NCBI GenBank assembly: GCA_012026655.1
Contig: JAAILG010000551.1
Span: 1-64,000 of the forward strand
Length of the DNA stretch: 64,000 nt
Reading direction: 5' to 3'
Origin: Hydrolagus affinis
Lineage: Eukaryota
The notes under the pieces: generated by a model
The model's database searches: none
Seen by the model: the letters and a program-made list of their open reading frames with translations, nothing else
Told to the model about the DNA's origin: nothing
Made by a program: the position numbers and the translations under genes
Part shown: in pieces, positions 25,065 through 38,530 of the stretch
How the letters are laid out: the number at the start of each line of letters is the position of its first letter
How positions within the stretch are numbered: the first letter of the stretch is position 1

Positions 25065-25244
<180 letters not shown>

Positions 25245-25499
25245 TTAGCATTAGACACAGATCACATTCCCTCAGACACGATGAACACAACAGTAACGCC
25301 TAGTTTCCGCGGCCCCAAATAGTTTGACCAGGTGCACCAACAAGTACAGAAACGTCTGGAGAAAGTGAAGCTCTTAAACATATAATGCAATATATAAATT
25401 TTTAGCAAGCAGGGCTTTTCTCTCACATGCCCAGCAAAAATTAAAATATCCTACACAGGCAAATGTTTTGTCTACAAAGCAATCACTAAAATTAACAGT

Positions 25500-25690
25500 A
25501 TTTCGTTTCGCCCACAAATATACAGTCAATTCACTTTACAGTATATTCTGTGAAGCGCTTTGAGACGTCTAGAAGACGTGAAAAGCGATGTATCAAATGC
25601 AAGAATTAGTATTATTATCCTGTGAAATGCTTTGATACGTTCCCCCGAACAGGAAAAGCGAACAGATCAAATGCAACGGTTATTATTTTA
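25500..25690 (+). mobile_element. Composite SINE 3' part with a second tandem tail
   Basis: Two successive tgtgaa..gctttga...aaaagcg...atcaaatgcaa...ttatt units. Confidence 0.8.
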
Positions 25691-25747
25691 ATACCATAAT
25701 TACTGAAATTAAAACAACTAAGTAAATAGTACATGCACAGGTCTCAC

Positions 25748-25818
25748 CTGACAAAGCACCAAAATGTCGCAGGATGGATCCTGAATTATTAGGAAGGACT
25801 GTAAGATTCCATCCATGC
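25748..25818 (-). CDS. JARID2: JARID2 exon 11
   Basis: 71 nt; [23 protein letters not shown]|gtgaga. Confidence 0.95.
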
Positions 25819-27279
25819 CTGATGGAAGAAAACAAAGAAATGTGAGAAAGAAAATGTATCTGCAAACAATCTTTCTCCAGTGCCCTGCCCGTTCCCATTA
25901 CACATACAAAAAAAAATTATCGCAGGCGAGAGGCAAGGAAAGTCATCGGATTCCAAGGCCTCTGCAAACGAGATTTGACCATATCCTGTCCTCCCTGCAT
26001 CTCACCACACCGCAGAGCAACGCACAGATATAGACCAGCTCATTCAGTCCAAACTGCAGTGCTATGTTAACATGCCATTTGTTCCCTGCAACAGTAATTC
26101 ACTGCATTTCTCAGTAGCTAAAGACTCAGCGGCTTAAACTATGTCTGGGACTTGTGTGTTCCACACGCGCATACACATGACATTTCTCCATATTTCAAAG
26201 CAGCAGCTTACTTTTAAAAAGCACTTTGTGGAGAGATCAGTGCTAACTGGTTGGTTTTGATTTGGCCATTTTCAGGTCAGCGAGTGGGAGTACCATTCTA
26301 TGTAACCAGCCATTAGTGCAGAGTGTGTACGTTATTACCAGTATTAGCAATTTATCCAACTGACTGCACATTGGCTACGGAACAAATCTCTTTCTGATTT
26401 GCACTCAAAAAGGGTCAATTACCAGTTGAACAAATAATGTATTTTAATACGTTTCAGTTTTTTTTTAAATATAAAAAAAGCTTCTCGGCCAATCGAGATT
26501 GAAAACGTTTGTTGCCATCTAATTACTAATTATGGCCATTTGATTACTATTCCAATTCTAGTTAACAACAGCAAAGCATCAATAACACCCACATAAATAT
26601 AAATAAATATAAATAAATATACAATATGCATGTTATATATAATCAAGAGTTTGTTTAATACAGGTTTCAGTTAAGTTCTATTTACAAAAATGTAATGCCA
26701 AACCAGGGGATTTATACCCCAGTTGTCTCTAAACTTCCAATCTCTCAACCGTTAGCTCTGGGGGATTTTTGTTGTTGTTCAAACTATTTAAAATGAAGAT
26801 CCTCTCTTTGTAATTCAAGCAATCTTTCCCCAGCACCCCACCACCCAACTAACGGCTATTATTGTAATGTTTTTCTTAAAATAACTTCCCATAATAGTTC
26901 GGTCTTGTGCACAGGTGCTTTTACAATTGCTTTGGCTAAAAGTTTTTTTTAAATTCTTTTGAGGTTTTCATTTTTTATTTATTCGAGAGAGAGCATGAGA
27001 GACAGTGGAGGAAATACAAATATTTTGTGATCCAAGGACTGACTCAGACACTGTGGTATCTGTCCACAAAGGCGGGAACTACCGTAACTGAACCAGCCAG
27101 CTCCCGACCAAGCAAACTGAGATGGCAATCATTTATAAGAAAACATGCTGTTTTTAAAATAAAAATATTCACAGGATGTTCTGGTTTCCCGAAGAAGGTT
27201 CACCACTAAAAATAAAAACCTCTTCGGTCAACAGAAGTCACAACAGCCGTTCGGTTCATTCAATGAACATAAGTGTTAC

Positions 27280-27398
27280 CTTGAGAAAGGTTCGGATTTC
27301 CCAACAGGGAAACCACTGCCATGTGCTTTAGTATCTACTTTCCCAGAATGTACTGCTACGTGGGAATCCTTCCGCTCCACTATCCTCCAGTATTCTTG
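27280..27398 (-). CDS. JARID2: JARID2 exon 10 (GSGFP motif)
   Basis: 119 nt; [40 protein letters not shown]|gtaaca. Confidence 0.96.
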
Positions 27399-29136
27399 CT
27401 GTAATTAGAAGAGAGGTTATTGTAAATCTTAAACCAAACGTAGTCAGGGGCACTCAGCATTGTGTAACATTGTCATCAAGTCAACCGATCAGCAGTTACG
27501 GTGAATTTCTTTAGTTCTTGAAATTCATGAACACAATATTTGATTTGGGGAAGATGGTAGGCTTGAAATGAAGGTTGGTTGTTTCAAATAATTAAAGTTA
27601 CAAGTGACCCTGCTTGTTGCTAGGTTTTTAAGACAAACTAACATTTTTTTAAAAAAAAAGTTCCTGCCTACCATACAATCAAGGAAAGAGGTTCAGGTTA
27701 ATTTTGCGTTCAGAAAGGCAAGTTTGTATGTGCTTCATTCTATGTGCTGGTAAACTTTCCCTATTTCAGGCACCATAAGGTAAGCCAGGGTCAGGAATCC
27801 CAGACCAGCTATTGCATGGTGTAATGCGGAGTAAAACTCACTTCACTCTGCCCCAATTCCATTCTTAACAAAGAAATCCTTTGTGACATTTTCAACCCTA
27901 GCCACCCGAGATCTCTCTAAATGAGAATAAAGAGTGTGTGTGTGTGTGCGTGCAAAAGGCGCTATAGCAAACATTATTTTGTTGTTGTGTACATGCACAG
28001 GTGGAGTGTGAACTGAATGGTGCGAGGATAGAGATGGTGGAGAAAAGCTGAAGTACAATGAATTGTTTTCCAAGTTCATTGTTCCTTTCCAGCCAGAATT
28101 TTACACTCACAATAGAAAATTAGAATTCAACAAATGTTTCTATTATTCACCAACCTTTTTCTGATCTACATGCTTTAATTGAATTCTGATTTAACTTCAA
28201 GTACACGATGTAATGAATTATGCAACTAGATAAGGGAACATTCCCAAGGTCTCGTTCATTAATACATTGCATTCTTCGACCCGAGTTATAAAAAGTAGCC
28301 CTTACTTTAAACAGAGAGCAGCGTCGCAAGAAAAAAAAAGCCTCAATGTAATCTGCATTTCATTAAAAACTGGAAAGCGAAAGAGTCATTGACCACATGC
28401 AATCATTTTCTCTGATATCAATTAGATTTCGCTGGGAATGCATTTGCATACAAGGAAGAGGCATCTATTTCTCACACCTAGCCATATGCGATCATTAACG
28501 GGTGGCTAGGGTTAAAGGGGCTCAACCTCCACCAAATCTATCTAGTTCTCCTCTTTAAGGTGAGCTGAGCAGGACCACAGCCAGTCCTCGGAGCAGCCCC
28601 AACAGGCGACAGCCACTGCCCCAACCTCTTCCAACTTGGCAGCAGTGCCCTAATCTCTGGTCCAGGGGTCTGCTTGTCAGGGTGTCATCACCTCCAAGTG
28701 TCCGATAGACTTGTCAGTCAAGTGGGTTTAGTAGTAACTGATCTAGTAAACAAGTTAGACTTGTTTCCCTCCCTCCCACCCCCCCCAAGAATATTTTCAC
28801 ACATAGTATATGCCCCCTGTCCTCTCTAGTCAGTTGGGGTGTTCACAACAGTATTTGGAAAGACATAATCCTGCCAGGTTTGCATCATGAAGATTCCTGT
28901 TCCCATGTAATCTTCTGGCGGGCACTGCAAGGCACCTTGCTCCACACCTCACTTTATACTAAGTCAGAGGCTTCACAATAAGGTGGAACTTGCAGGATTC
29001 TTGTATTTGCAGGATTCAACCTGTGTAAATCCTTTACAAGTCCCATTATGAACACAGGATTTTAGACGCCAGTTAAACATAAAACCAAACTGTTAAAATA
29101 ATAGCATAATGGTAATACGAGTAATAAGATTCCTAC

Positions 29137-29229
29137 CTCCACTTCAGCTGCCGTTGGCTCCTTACTGAAGCACATGTTCATTGTGTTTCTAGCTGTCCGA
29201 TAAAATGTAGTCAGCGATACAGATCTTCC
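29137..29229 (-). CDS. JARID2: JARID2 exon 9
   Basis: 93 nt; [31 protein letters not shown]|gtagga. Confidence 0.96.
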
Positions 29230-29754
29230 CTGTAGATTAAATAAATCACTTAAGAGACCAAAGCAAATGAAGAAGTTTGGCTACTTATTTAATCCTAATA
29301 AAATAACCCAGAAAAAATGTCAAATACCCTGTATAGACTTTATGTCCTCAAGAGAACCTGCGGAATTTTATTGTTGAAGGCTGTACATAATTAATATACA
29401 GTATAATAAATTTGTTTAATGCAATGATTTATCATTTCAAAACTTTCAAAAGCACTTCACAGAGTAACTTTGAAGTGCAGTGATTAATATGGTTATATAC
29501 AACAACAATACAATAAAATTACACTGATAGAGCACCTTTCACGTTGGGACGTACTTAGCAAAATATGACAGATAATCTGCACCGTCAACATTTTACAAAC
29601 TTTAATGAGATGAATCACCAATTAATGTGAGTTTTTCGTGAATTTTGGATGAGAAAAACATAGTATATTAGCCAACAACTGAAACTCCCTGCTCTTCTTC
29701 AGAAGAGTATCAGAGCAACAATTATATATCTTTCATTTAGTGCATCTTCCGAAG

Positions 29755-30091
29755 ATAATAATAATCCTTGCATTTGATATAGCACTTTTCACGTCTTATT
29801 GACGCCCCAAAGCGCTTCACAGAATATACTGTAAAGTGAATTGACTCTATATTTGTGGGCGAATCGCAGCAGCGAATCGCGCACAGCAGTGTCCCACAAA
29901 CAGTCGTGGATTGAAATGACCAATTTTTTTATTATTGTGGTTTTTTTTGGAGGGATTATTATTAGACGTGTGGATAAGGAAATTTGCCCAAGGTTTCATC
30001 TTAACCTGCCTGGACTCGAACACAGGTCTCCCCAGCTTGGTCTCCCCACCTTGCAAGACAAGTGCTCTAACCACTAAGCCACAGGAGCTCC
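29755..30091 (-). mobile_element. Composite SINE, short form with 14-bp head duplication
   Basis: Full length; starts GGAGCTCCTGTGGCTTAGTGG on -. Confidence 0.92.
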
Positions 30092-30381
30092 ACGATGGCA
30101 GATGACATCTGATAATCCCACCATATCCCACTGATAATCCCACCATAAAATGGCAAATTAATGGGAGAGACCAGGTCTGCCAGTTAGATTTACCTACGCT
30201 TGTCAAGAGACAAGCGTAACAAGTGTAAATACATTGAAAAGTGTATTCCATATATTGACTAATATTTTATTATCAGTGGTTTAAATTGGCAGTTTGGAAG
30301 CGGAGAAAATTTCACACTGATTATGAAATCAGATCAAATTTCTTTTAGCAAAATGTGCATTTTCTTTTGGAAGGATTGGCT

Positions 30382-30605
30382 ATAATAATAATAATAATAA
30401 TAATAATAATCCTTGCATTTGATATAGCGCTTTTCACGTCTTCTAGATGTCTCAAAGCGCTTCACAGAATATACTGTGAAGTGAATTGACTATATATTTG
30501 TGAGCAAAATGAGGCAGCCTTTCGTGCACAATAGTGTCCCACAAGCAGTCATGGATTGAAATGAACAAGTTATTATAGTTTTTTTTGGACAGATTGTTAT
30601 TATTA
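30382..30605 (-). mobile_element. Composite SINE 3' half with long (TAA)n tail
   Basis: Family match. Confidence 0.88.
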
Positions 30606-31069
30606 AATGCAACAAATAAATTTCCCTCATTCCAATGCTGGTATTCTTAAAAAGACCCATTTCTGCCAAACATGCATTGGCTTTGCTTTCCCACCACTAA
30701 GAGCTTTGCAGTATTAATCCCCACTGGCTGTATGTAGTTAGTCTGCAATACCAACAGCATTCTGAAATAGGATCATGGAATCTGGGATTATGAAGAAAAC
30801 CATCTGAGCTAGGCTTTTGGAGGACACCCATGAACATTCTAGGAATGATTAAAGCCCATGTCTATATGTACAAATGGTAGGAATCTGGGGCCAAACAAGG
30901 GTCTGACTTGGGAAAGCTTATCTGGATCGGGGTCTCAAGAGCATCAAGTTCTCACGATGGAACCAACAATTTCAACACCATCAACAATGTACATTGATAA
31001 GAGGGACCGTTCGTGGTGGAAGGATGTGTTAAGTGTTCCACGGAGCAGAAACAGACAATACTTTAGCCT

Positions 31070-31176
31070 CAAACAAAAACAGAAATCGCTGGGAACACTC
31101 AGCAGGTCAGGGAGCATCTATGGGAGGGAGAAAGGAAAGCGAGTCAATGTTTCGGGTCCACGACCCTTCGTCAATA
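31070..31176 (-). mobile_element. Penelope-like element terminal fragment
   Basis: aaaaacagaaatcgctgggaacactcagcaggtcagggagcatctatgg...gtttcgggtccacgacccttcgtcaa resembles the Penelope terminal repeat recalled from shark genomes. Confidence 0.65.
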
Positions 31177-33349
31177 TATTTGCTTCGTTTGACAATTCTC
31201 GGTGAGCGTAGCTGTATTCTACCAGCAGAATGGCAAGACCCACTGAAAACGATAGACAAAACAATGCAGTGGGTGGGGTTGGTTGAAGAACAAGCCTGGG
31301 TTGCCAACGGATGATTACCAAACTTTTTTAAATATCTTGTTCCGACTGTTCAACTGCAAGGTCAGTGATAAGGCAAACCACTAAATAGGAGAACATGGAG
31401 TGCTTATGTGCAGATTGATAGGGCAAATAAAATGTAAACTGTGCCTTTCACATCTATCAGAAAAATCAGCCGTAGAAAAAAATTCAAAGAATGTTCGAGT
31501 TGTTTCCCCTGCCCACCTCTGGAAATTCTGTAAAATTAGAATTGCTAAATTATAAATCATATTTGATTTATCTCATAAAACAACAGATGTTAAGCCCTTG
31601 AAATATGATTGTCTCCCTCCCTGACCGAAACTACGCCTGTTGATATCTTTATTTTACCAGCAAAACCATTTCATGATGTGGAATGGAACATAGCAAACAA
31701 AGTAACCCGAGATTCTGTGTCCAATATGAAGACTGAAACAAAGAGCTGGCTTTATCTCTACACCATCTGTCATTTGTACAAAACGATAGGATCTGGAAGT
31801 TACTGCCCTATGAGAGTACTGAAAGTTTGACTTGGATATTTGGGACGAGCACTGATATCTTCCCTTCAGCAGATGGATCGTTGGGCTCTAAACAGTTCAA
31901 TGACAAAAAGATGCTTGTGTCACAAGTTCAGTGGTCTTCCTGGAATCCGCAATAAGGGAGGGCAGAAATGCTCTCTGCCACATGTCTGGCCTTCATCAAA
32001 ATGCTCAATTGTACCAGTTGGTAAGTTGACCAAGTTCGCTGGGCAATAACTGGTTGGTGAAATAGTGCATTCAAGGGCATGTATTAAGCTTTTCAAAATC
32101 CTAGAGTATTCAAGAACCTCAATTCATCTATAGTATACGGTTTGATCTAAGGGTGTTAGGTGGCTCTGCACTAGCTATGCCCAATTGTGTGAGGCAGCAA
32201 TAAACATGGGAGCAGAATACTGGCCTCACATTGCCACACTGGTTCGTTCAGATTCCCGCCCCAAATTATGGTCTAGCCAGATGGTAAGGTTGCACGAGGC
32301 TTAGTTTGGTTTCACTAGGCGCATGTTGTACTGTTCAGAAATACAGCTGCATCAGGGGGCTGGCTACCTGGGTGCCAGATGTGGTGTAAGCGCATATCAG
32401 GAGGACGTCTCAAAGCGCTCGACCGGGCAGTTGACATCCGACAAGTGCAAATAAATTTGAGCCCTTACAAAGTGGAGGCCAGGTACCAGGAATGCCGCCA
32501 CCTTCCTGCCCATAACCCAGACACACATCCCTACCCATTGAGCAACGTTTCCACCAGTTGGGAGTGTGGAGCTTGAGCAGCAGCTGCGTTCCTCTGCATA
32601 TCAATCACAAGGTGGACACGAAGCCCTGGATATATGAACGCATGTTCACCAACTTGGGGCTCCGGGTAATGCTTTCCGGCCTTGATGTTCTTGAGGTCCG
32701 ATTATAATGTCACGTCCTCAGGCTCACTCAGCATCTGCCCCTCAATCCCCTCAGGTGAGGGGAGATGGCAAACACCTGTTATGAAGCCGCCTCTGTCTCC
32801 AGGGTGCTTAGCAACAGGTCAGTGGCAGACCGCAGCCCTTCCTCCATAGAGCTACTTCTGCTGTTTACCACAATCCATCTCACTGTTTGAACTGGGTCAT
32901 TTGCGACTCCAAAAACTGTCCAACTACAGAGATGATCAGCATCGAATTTTACAACTGAGCTAGTAATCAACTCGCAAACTTTAATAAAATGCAGCAGGCC
33001 TTTTGAATTAAGAAGCTTATCTGACCACACTGTCAGAAATCGTCACCAGTTTTGAAACTATGAAACGTAGAATTGTGTTTATTGGCATATAAGCTCTTGA
33101 AATGGGTATTAATTCCAATTCCTACATGATCCTGTATAATTGAAACCTCGCAACTGATTTTGTTTGACCATTTTGCTGGATGTCAGCGGTTCTCTTCCTA
33201 GGTAACTCTTGCAGCAATATGTACAAATTGCTCCGCAACTTCGATGTGAATATTTGGGACAAGTTTTCGAATGTACCTTTACGTCACACCAACTACATAA
33301 CTATGCATCAATAAATAATATAATAAACAAAATATATAAATAATAGTTT

Positions 33350-33515
33350 AGTGACTCTCAATCCACGACTGATTGTGGGACACTGCTGTGTCCAAGTGTT
33401 TCGCAAACCAAACATACATACAATCATTTCACTTTACAATATATTCTCTGAAGCGCTTTGTGATGTCTCGAAGACGAGAAAAGGCACTACATCAAATGCA
33501 AGGATTATTATTATT
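33350..33515 (+). mobile_element. Composite SINE 3' half
   Basis: Family match. Confidence 0.85.
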
Positions 33516-33823
33516 AGTTCTTTGGATAGTGCGGTTTATGGTGAATTGGAGTTGCTTGCTTGGTTCAATTCAGTTTTAGTAAATGAAATGGTAACAGCTT
33601 CAACCAGACTCTAATCTGTCCATGTTATATTGATATGTGCAAAAAAGAGTTCACTCTGTTAGTCTCTCAGCACCAGCACACAAACAGACAGACTCCTTTG
33701 GAATTGGAAATAATCTTTCAGCACATGAAAGACTCAACTAGTCGTTGAGTGCTGCAGTGATAAACACAAAGCATTTAACAGATAATTGCACAGTTGCCCC
33801 CACCACACTTGTCTTGTACATGT

Positions 33824-34105
33824 GGAGTACTGCAGCTCAGTGTTAGATCACTCGCTTTACAAACGAGAGAACTGGATTCAATTCCTGACAGAGTGAAATT
33901 TTGGGCACATTTCCTTAGTCCACACGCCTAATAATAATCCCTCAAAAAAAAACTGTTTGGAAGACACTGCTGTGTGCAATTGGCTGCCGCATTTCGCCCA
34001 TAGATAGTCAATTAGCATTACAGTATATTCTGTTAAGCGCTTTGAGTCTACAAAACGGCGTGAAAAGCGCCATATCAAATGCAAGGATTATTATTATTAT
34101 TATTA
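33824..34105 (+). mobile_element. Composite SINE, short form
   Basis: ggagtactgcagctcagtgttag head through (TTA)n tail. Confidence 0.88.
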
Positions 34106-35100
34106 CATGTTTACAGGGAGTCGAATGCTTATACAGTCCAAGGTGAAAGACTGGCAATTTGATTATAAAATAATCAAAATTCCCGTCTAGAGAAGAGCAT
34201 TGCAGCAATAACATAATTATCGTGTTTGTATCATTCCTGAGACAGAGCTCTTGCCCCACTCGTGAATTATGGCCATTTTACATTACAGAATGAACCCAAT
34301 GAAACATCATTTATTGGTGCGGTCTCCAACATGCATACATCACTTGATCTTAAACTATCCCTTCTGCATATTTTAGACCTTATCTGCAATGACCAACAGT
34401 GAGAGGGAAAATATTACATCTGGGAGTGGCGGATGGGTTCAGAAGCAGCTTTTCTTAGAAGGTACAATGCCTCAATGCATCAGATCTGGTTTCGCAACAC
34501 ATGAGCAATACCAATTCAGGAACCTGCACATTCATTTCAGCTCGCAAAGTACCCCCAACAACATCAATGCTGTTAAGTTTGACCTTTTGAACTATATGCG
34601 AACACCATCAAGTCCGTCACTATTATACTCTATTAAACATTTCACACCACATCCACATATACACTTAATCTGCAAAGGAGTTGAGACAAGATAACCTGAA
34701 ATATTATTCTGCTGCCAATACAAGACTGTACATCATGCTGCATGTTTTACATAGATAACGTTAACTATCGTGTTAATGCGTGCCATTTGCTGTAACCAAC
34801 CTCATTCAACCTCACAGCTGACAAAACTGCAGTTTTGCAAGCCTCTGTGACCAACGGATCATGAACAAATTATCTGATCCACAAGTAAAAATATAAATAA
34901 GCTGGACTGGCTCATACATCAATATCTTTGTTTGTTGCATTAAACAACTTGCGGGGAGACACATATGACTAATGATATCCTCGGCCAAAGCTTTTGCTAA
35001 AAAAAAACAACCTCAAAACCCTTTCTGTACACTTGTTTTCATCCATCATCGATGGCCCAGAACTTGAAAACAAACAAAAATGAACATTGCCCAAATAACT

Positions 35101-35458
35101 GTAATAATAATCCTTGTATTTGATACAGCGCTTCTCACATCTTCTAGACGTCTCAAAGCGCTTCACGGAATATACTGTAAAATGAATTGACTGTATACTT
35201 GTGGGGAAAACAATTGCGCACAGCAGTGTCCCACAAACAGTCGTGGACTGACTGACCAATTTATTATTTTATTTGCAGGAATATTATCCCCGGAAAGGCG
35301 ATTCACCAATTGACTAACAATTGGATTTCTACTTACTGCTAGGTAAACAGAGACATGTGGAGTCAGGAAACATGCCCACTATTTCGTCCTGCCAGGAATA
35401 GAACCCAGTTCTCTCGCTTGCGAGGCGAGTGCTCTAACCACTGAGCTCCAGGACTCCA
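35101..35458 (-). mobile_element. Composite SINE, long form
   Basis: Head GGAGTCCTGGAGCTCAGTGGTTAGAGCA-CTCGC-CTCGCAA-GCGAG (Ala anticodon arm). Confidence 0.92.
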
Positions 35459-35842
35459 CGTTCTTTCCAACGTCCAATATATTCACCTGCCTATCCATTG
35501 AACAAACAAGAATGCTTAAAACAAGAAAGGGCATTCACGAGGACAGTAAACTATCTCTGGTGTTCCCAGGGTTAGCGAGTGAAAGTAGTAATCAGGATCC
35601 TGCTCCCTACTCCTCTTCAGCACGTCCCTACTGGTTACCTCCACAACTCCAGCACAACATCACCACAGGTGAGGAGTGGCTGCTGACAGGTAACGCCCCC
35701 AGCCCCCAATGCTGACTGCACAATGACTTGAGCAAGGCCCTGGAGGACAAGAAAAGCTCGCATTTATACTGAGCCCTGGGTGTGACTGACGAGTTACCAG
35801 GATTTAACCATGCGTTTGCAGAGGTGAGCTGAATGCACGTAC

Positions 35843-36330
35843 CTTATATACACACTTGTACAAATCACCGAGCACCCCACTCTGATCTTGACTCTCTTTC
35901 TTTTCCTGAGCAAACAGTCGCCGCCTGCCTGTTTTCAGTTCAGTCTCTATTTCTTTCAGCTTATTCCGGAAGCCGTTTTTATGCACCACCCCATTCACCA
36001 GCCCGTTTTTGGGCTCAAACCTGGGCAGAGACTGAGACCTGCACGTGTTGTCAGAGTGAGCTTCCAGAGGCCCTTTCTTCTTCTCCAGGCTCTCTTTTTC
36101 CGTCAGCACCTCCTTCTCCAGCTTCTTGTGCTCTTCCGGGGAGAGGGAGTCGTAGGAGAGCAGATACTGGCAATAGGCCTCTTGTAACTTTGCCAGCCTG
36201 TCCTGTGCAGATTTAGGGATTCGCAGCATGTCTGCCAGTTTATTCCACTTCTTGAGGTCAGTCACTTGCTGCATGCCACCCATGTCATTGATGAGCTGAT
36301 AAAATCGGGCCAAATCCAGCTCACATCCTC
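35843..36330 (-). CDS. JARID2: JARID2 exon 8 (ARID domain)
   Basis: 488 nt; [61 protein letters not shown]...LYKCVYK|gtacgt. Confidence 0.97.
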
Positions 36331-38369
36331 CTGGAACAAAGCAGCACATCAAGTTAGCTCCACAGCTCCAGTACTCAGCACAGCGCAGTCACACTGATGC
36401 AATTGGGTTTGCAACAGTGGGGGCACATGGAGGGGAATATATTTCCCACATCGCTCAGTACCAAATCAATACTCCTCCCTACCCCCTGGTAACTTTCCAC
36501 TTACATCACCAAAAGTGGCAATTACAGTCTCCCCGTTTTAACAATCACTGTTGTTGTCTGATCACAAACTAACAGGAAGGTTTCTCAATAAATATGCCTG
36601 ATGGTTTTTGTTTATCTATTTATCCGGATTATCCGAATATATATATATATGTACATATGTATATTATACACGCGCACACAGTGTGGGCTTTATTGCCAAG
36701 AATCGCCTTTTATATTATAATCTGAAAGTAATGAAGAGCTTCAATCATAATCACAGAATGAGAAGGGTCTCTGATGAACGCTGGCTTGTGGAGTTCAGGT
36801 CTCGAGAGTACAGCACAGACACAAGAAGAAAAACAGAGCAACGGATAGCAGCGTGCACGACTGCTCTTTGAACCACTGAGCTTAATAAACATTCTTTTTG
36901 TAAATGCTTTCAAAACACGTACGCTTTTCCAGACAACCCCCTGAGTATCCCATGCCTATCAAAAGGTTACGGAGCAGTAACACAGTCCAGCGGATTATCT
37001 GAGCAAAGCTCGAGACGGCTACATGAGGCAGAGGTGTCCAGAGACTTCACGACTGCCTCCAGCGTCCCCCTGGTCATCATTATTTAATCCCCGGTGTATT
37101 TCTGCACTCCATTTGTTCATGTCCTCCCCGTCGCCCAATGAAATGTACCATTACCCTCACAGCGAAGCAATACAAGCAGTCTGCTCTCTGATATCTGCAA
37201 CACCACTATTAGAATGAAAAGGAGGAATCAAGGGAGGCACATGAACAGGAGAGAGGAACCTGACACCCCATTTTTTGCCCTCCCACCCACCACTCCACCC
37301 CCGCCCCCCTTCCTCCTCTTCCCTCCCGCCACCACTCCACCCCTGATAAATGGGGGGAGCCTCCGGTGGTGGGGGTGGGGACGAGATGAAGGGGTAGAGA
37401 GACGGAGTTTCGGAGGTTAGCGACATCATATCTGAAAGCTCAGCCATTGATAGTGGATCACAAGCAATATATAACTATGATTAGTTGTGCAACTTTATGA
37501 AGGCATCTAATTGGTCAGTCTCCCACTGCCTTTAGTGAAACCTCTAGCAAAAGGTGTGCCTGAAAAAGAATATGTAAAACAGTGAAAATGGGTGGGAAAA
37601 GAGAATAGAGCAAACTTTTTGTGGGAGGAGTGGAGGGGGGAAAGTGGGAAGAGAGAAATGGAGAGAGAAAGAAGTAGATGACCCTATGTGTTGTGCAAGG
37701 AGGATTATTACGATTGATATTTTATTTCCTGTGGGAATTAAGAGCACAAATACTGATTAAATGGGAGAAATAGAGGAAATTCTATTAGGTTGGAATCCTA
37801 CAGTCTCCGCTGTCAGCTGATCTGAGCCATGTGAGGTAGTGAGTGAGGAGAAACACCCAGGTAAAGTGGAGATCAGGAAAATAGTGCACCAAGAGTCACT
37901 TTTGAAGGTTTTACACATGATACAATGTGAGATTCAAGAACTCCAGAGGTAGTTTCAATCACGGGTCTCCCGCAGGCAAGTGAGAGAGAAGACCGGCTTA
38001 CACCGGAGTGAAACCAGATGTGCACAGGGCACAGGTACAGCAGCTAGAGGGGAGCTTACAGAGCAGGAACAAGGGAAAGGCTCTGGAGTGCAGGGAAGGC
38101 TGGATTCAGTCCAGCCCAAAACTTGGCAGCAATAACGAAGTGCCAACTGAATGTTATTACAGCTACATGTACAGCATGTGACCACTTACAAACAGTGGCC
38201 GTGCTGTGTGTGTTAGGCAGCACTGGAAACGCAGGTGCTGGAGGTGAAGTGAAAGTACGATAACCCTCTACACTGATTAAACCCTACAGCTGATCAGGTG
38301 AGTACGTCTGTCCAGAGCCTGGAAATAACGTGCATTATCCTTGGTACCAGAGAGAAGAAATCTGTATCA

Positions 38370-38530
38370 TATCAACTGTGTGTGGGACGCTGCTGTGCGC
38401 AATTGGCTGCCGCGTTTCGCCCACATATATACAGTCAATTCACTCTACAGTATATTCTGTGAAGTATTTTGAGACGTCTAGAAGACCTGAAAAGCGCTAT
38501 ATCAAATACAAGGATTATTATTATTTATTA
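38370..38530 (+). mobile_element. Composite SINE 3' half
   Basis: Family match. Confidence 0.88.

Noticed and set aside
33824-33895. tRNA-like sequences at SINE heads
   Set aside because: Degenerate, no proper acceptor stem, continuous with SINE bodies; not tRNA genes
35833-36216. Overlapping + strand ORFs (127 and 99 aa)
   Set aside because: Antisense shadows of exon 8
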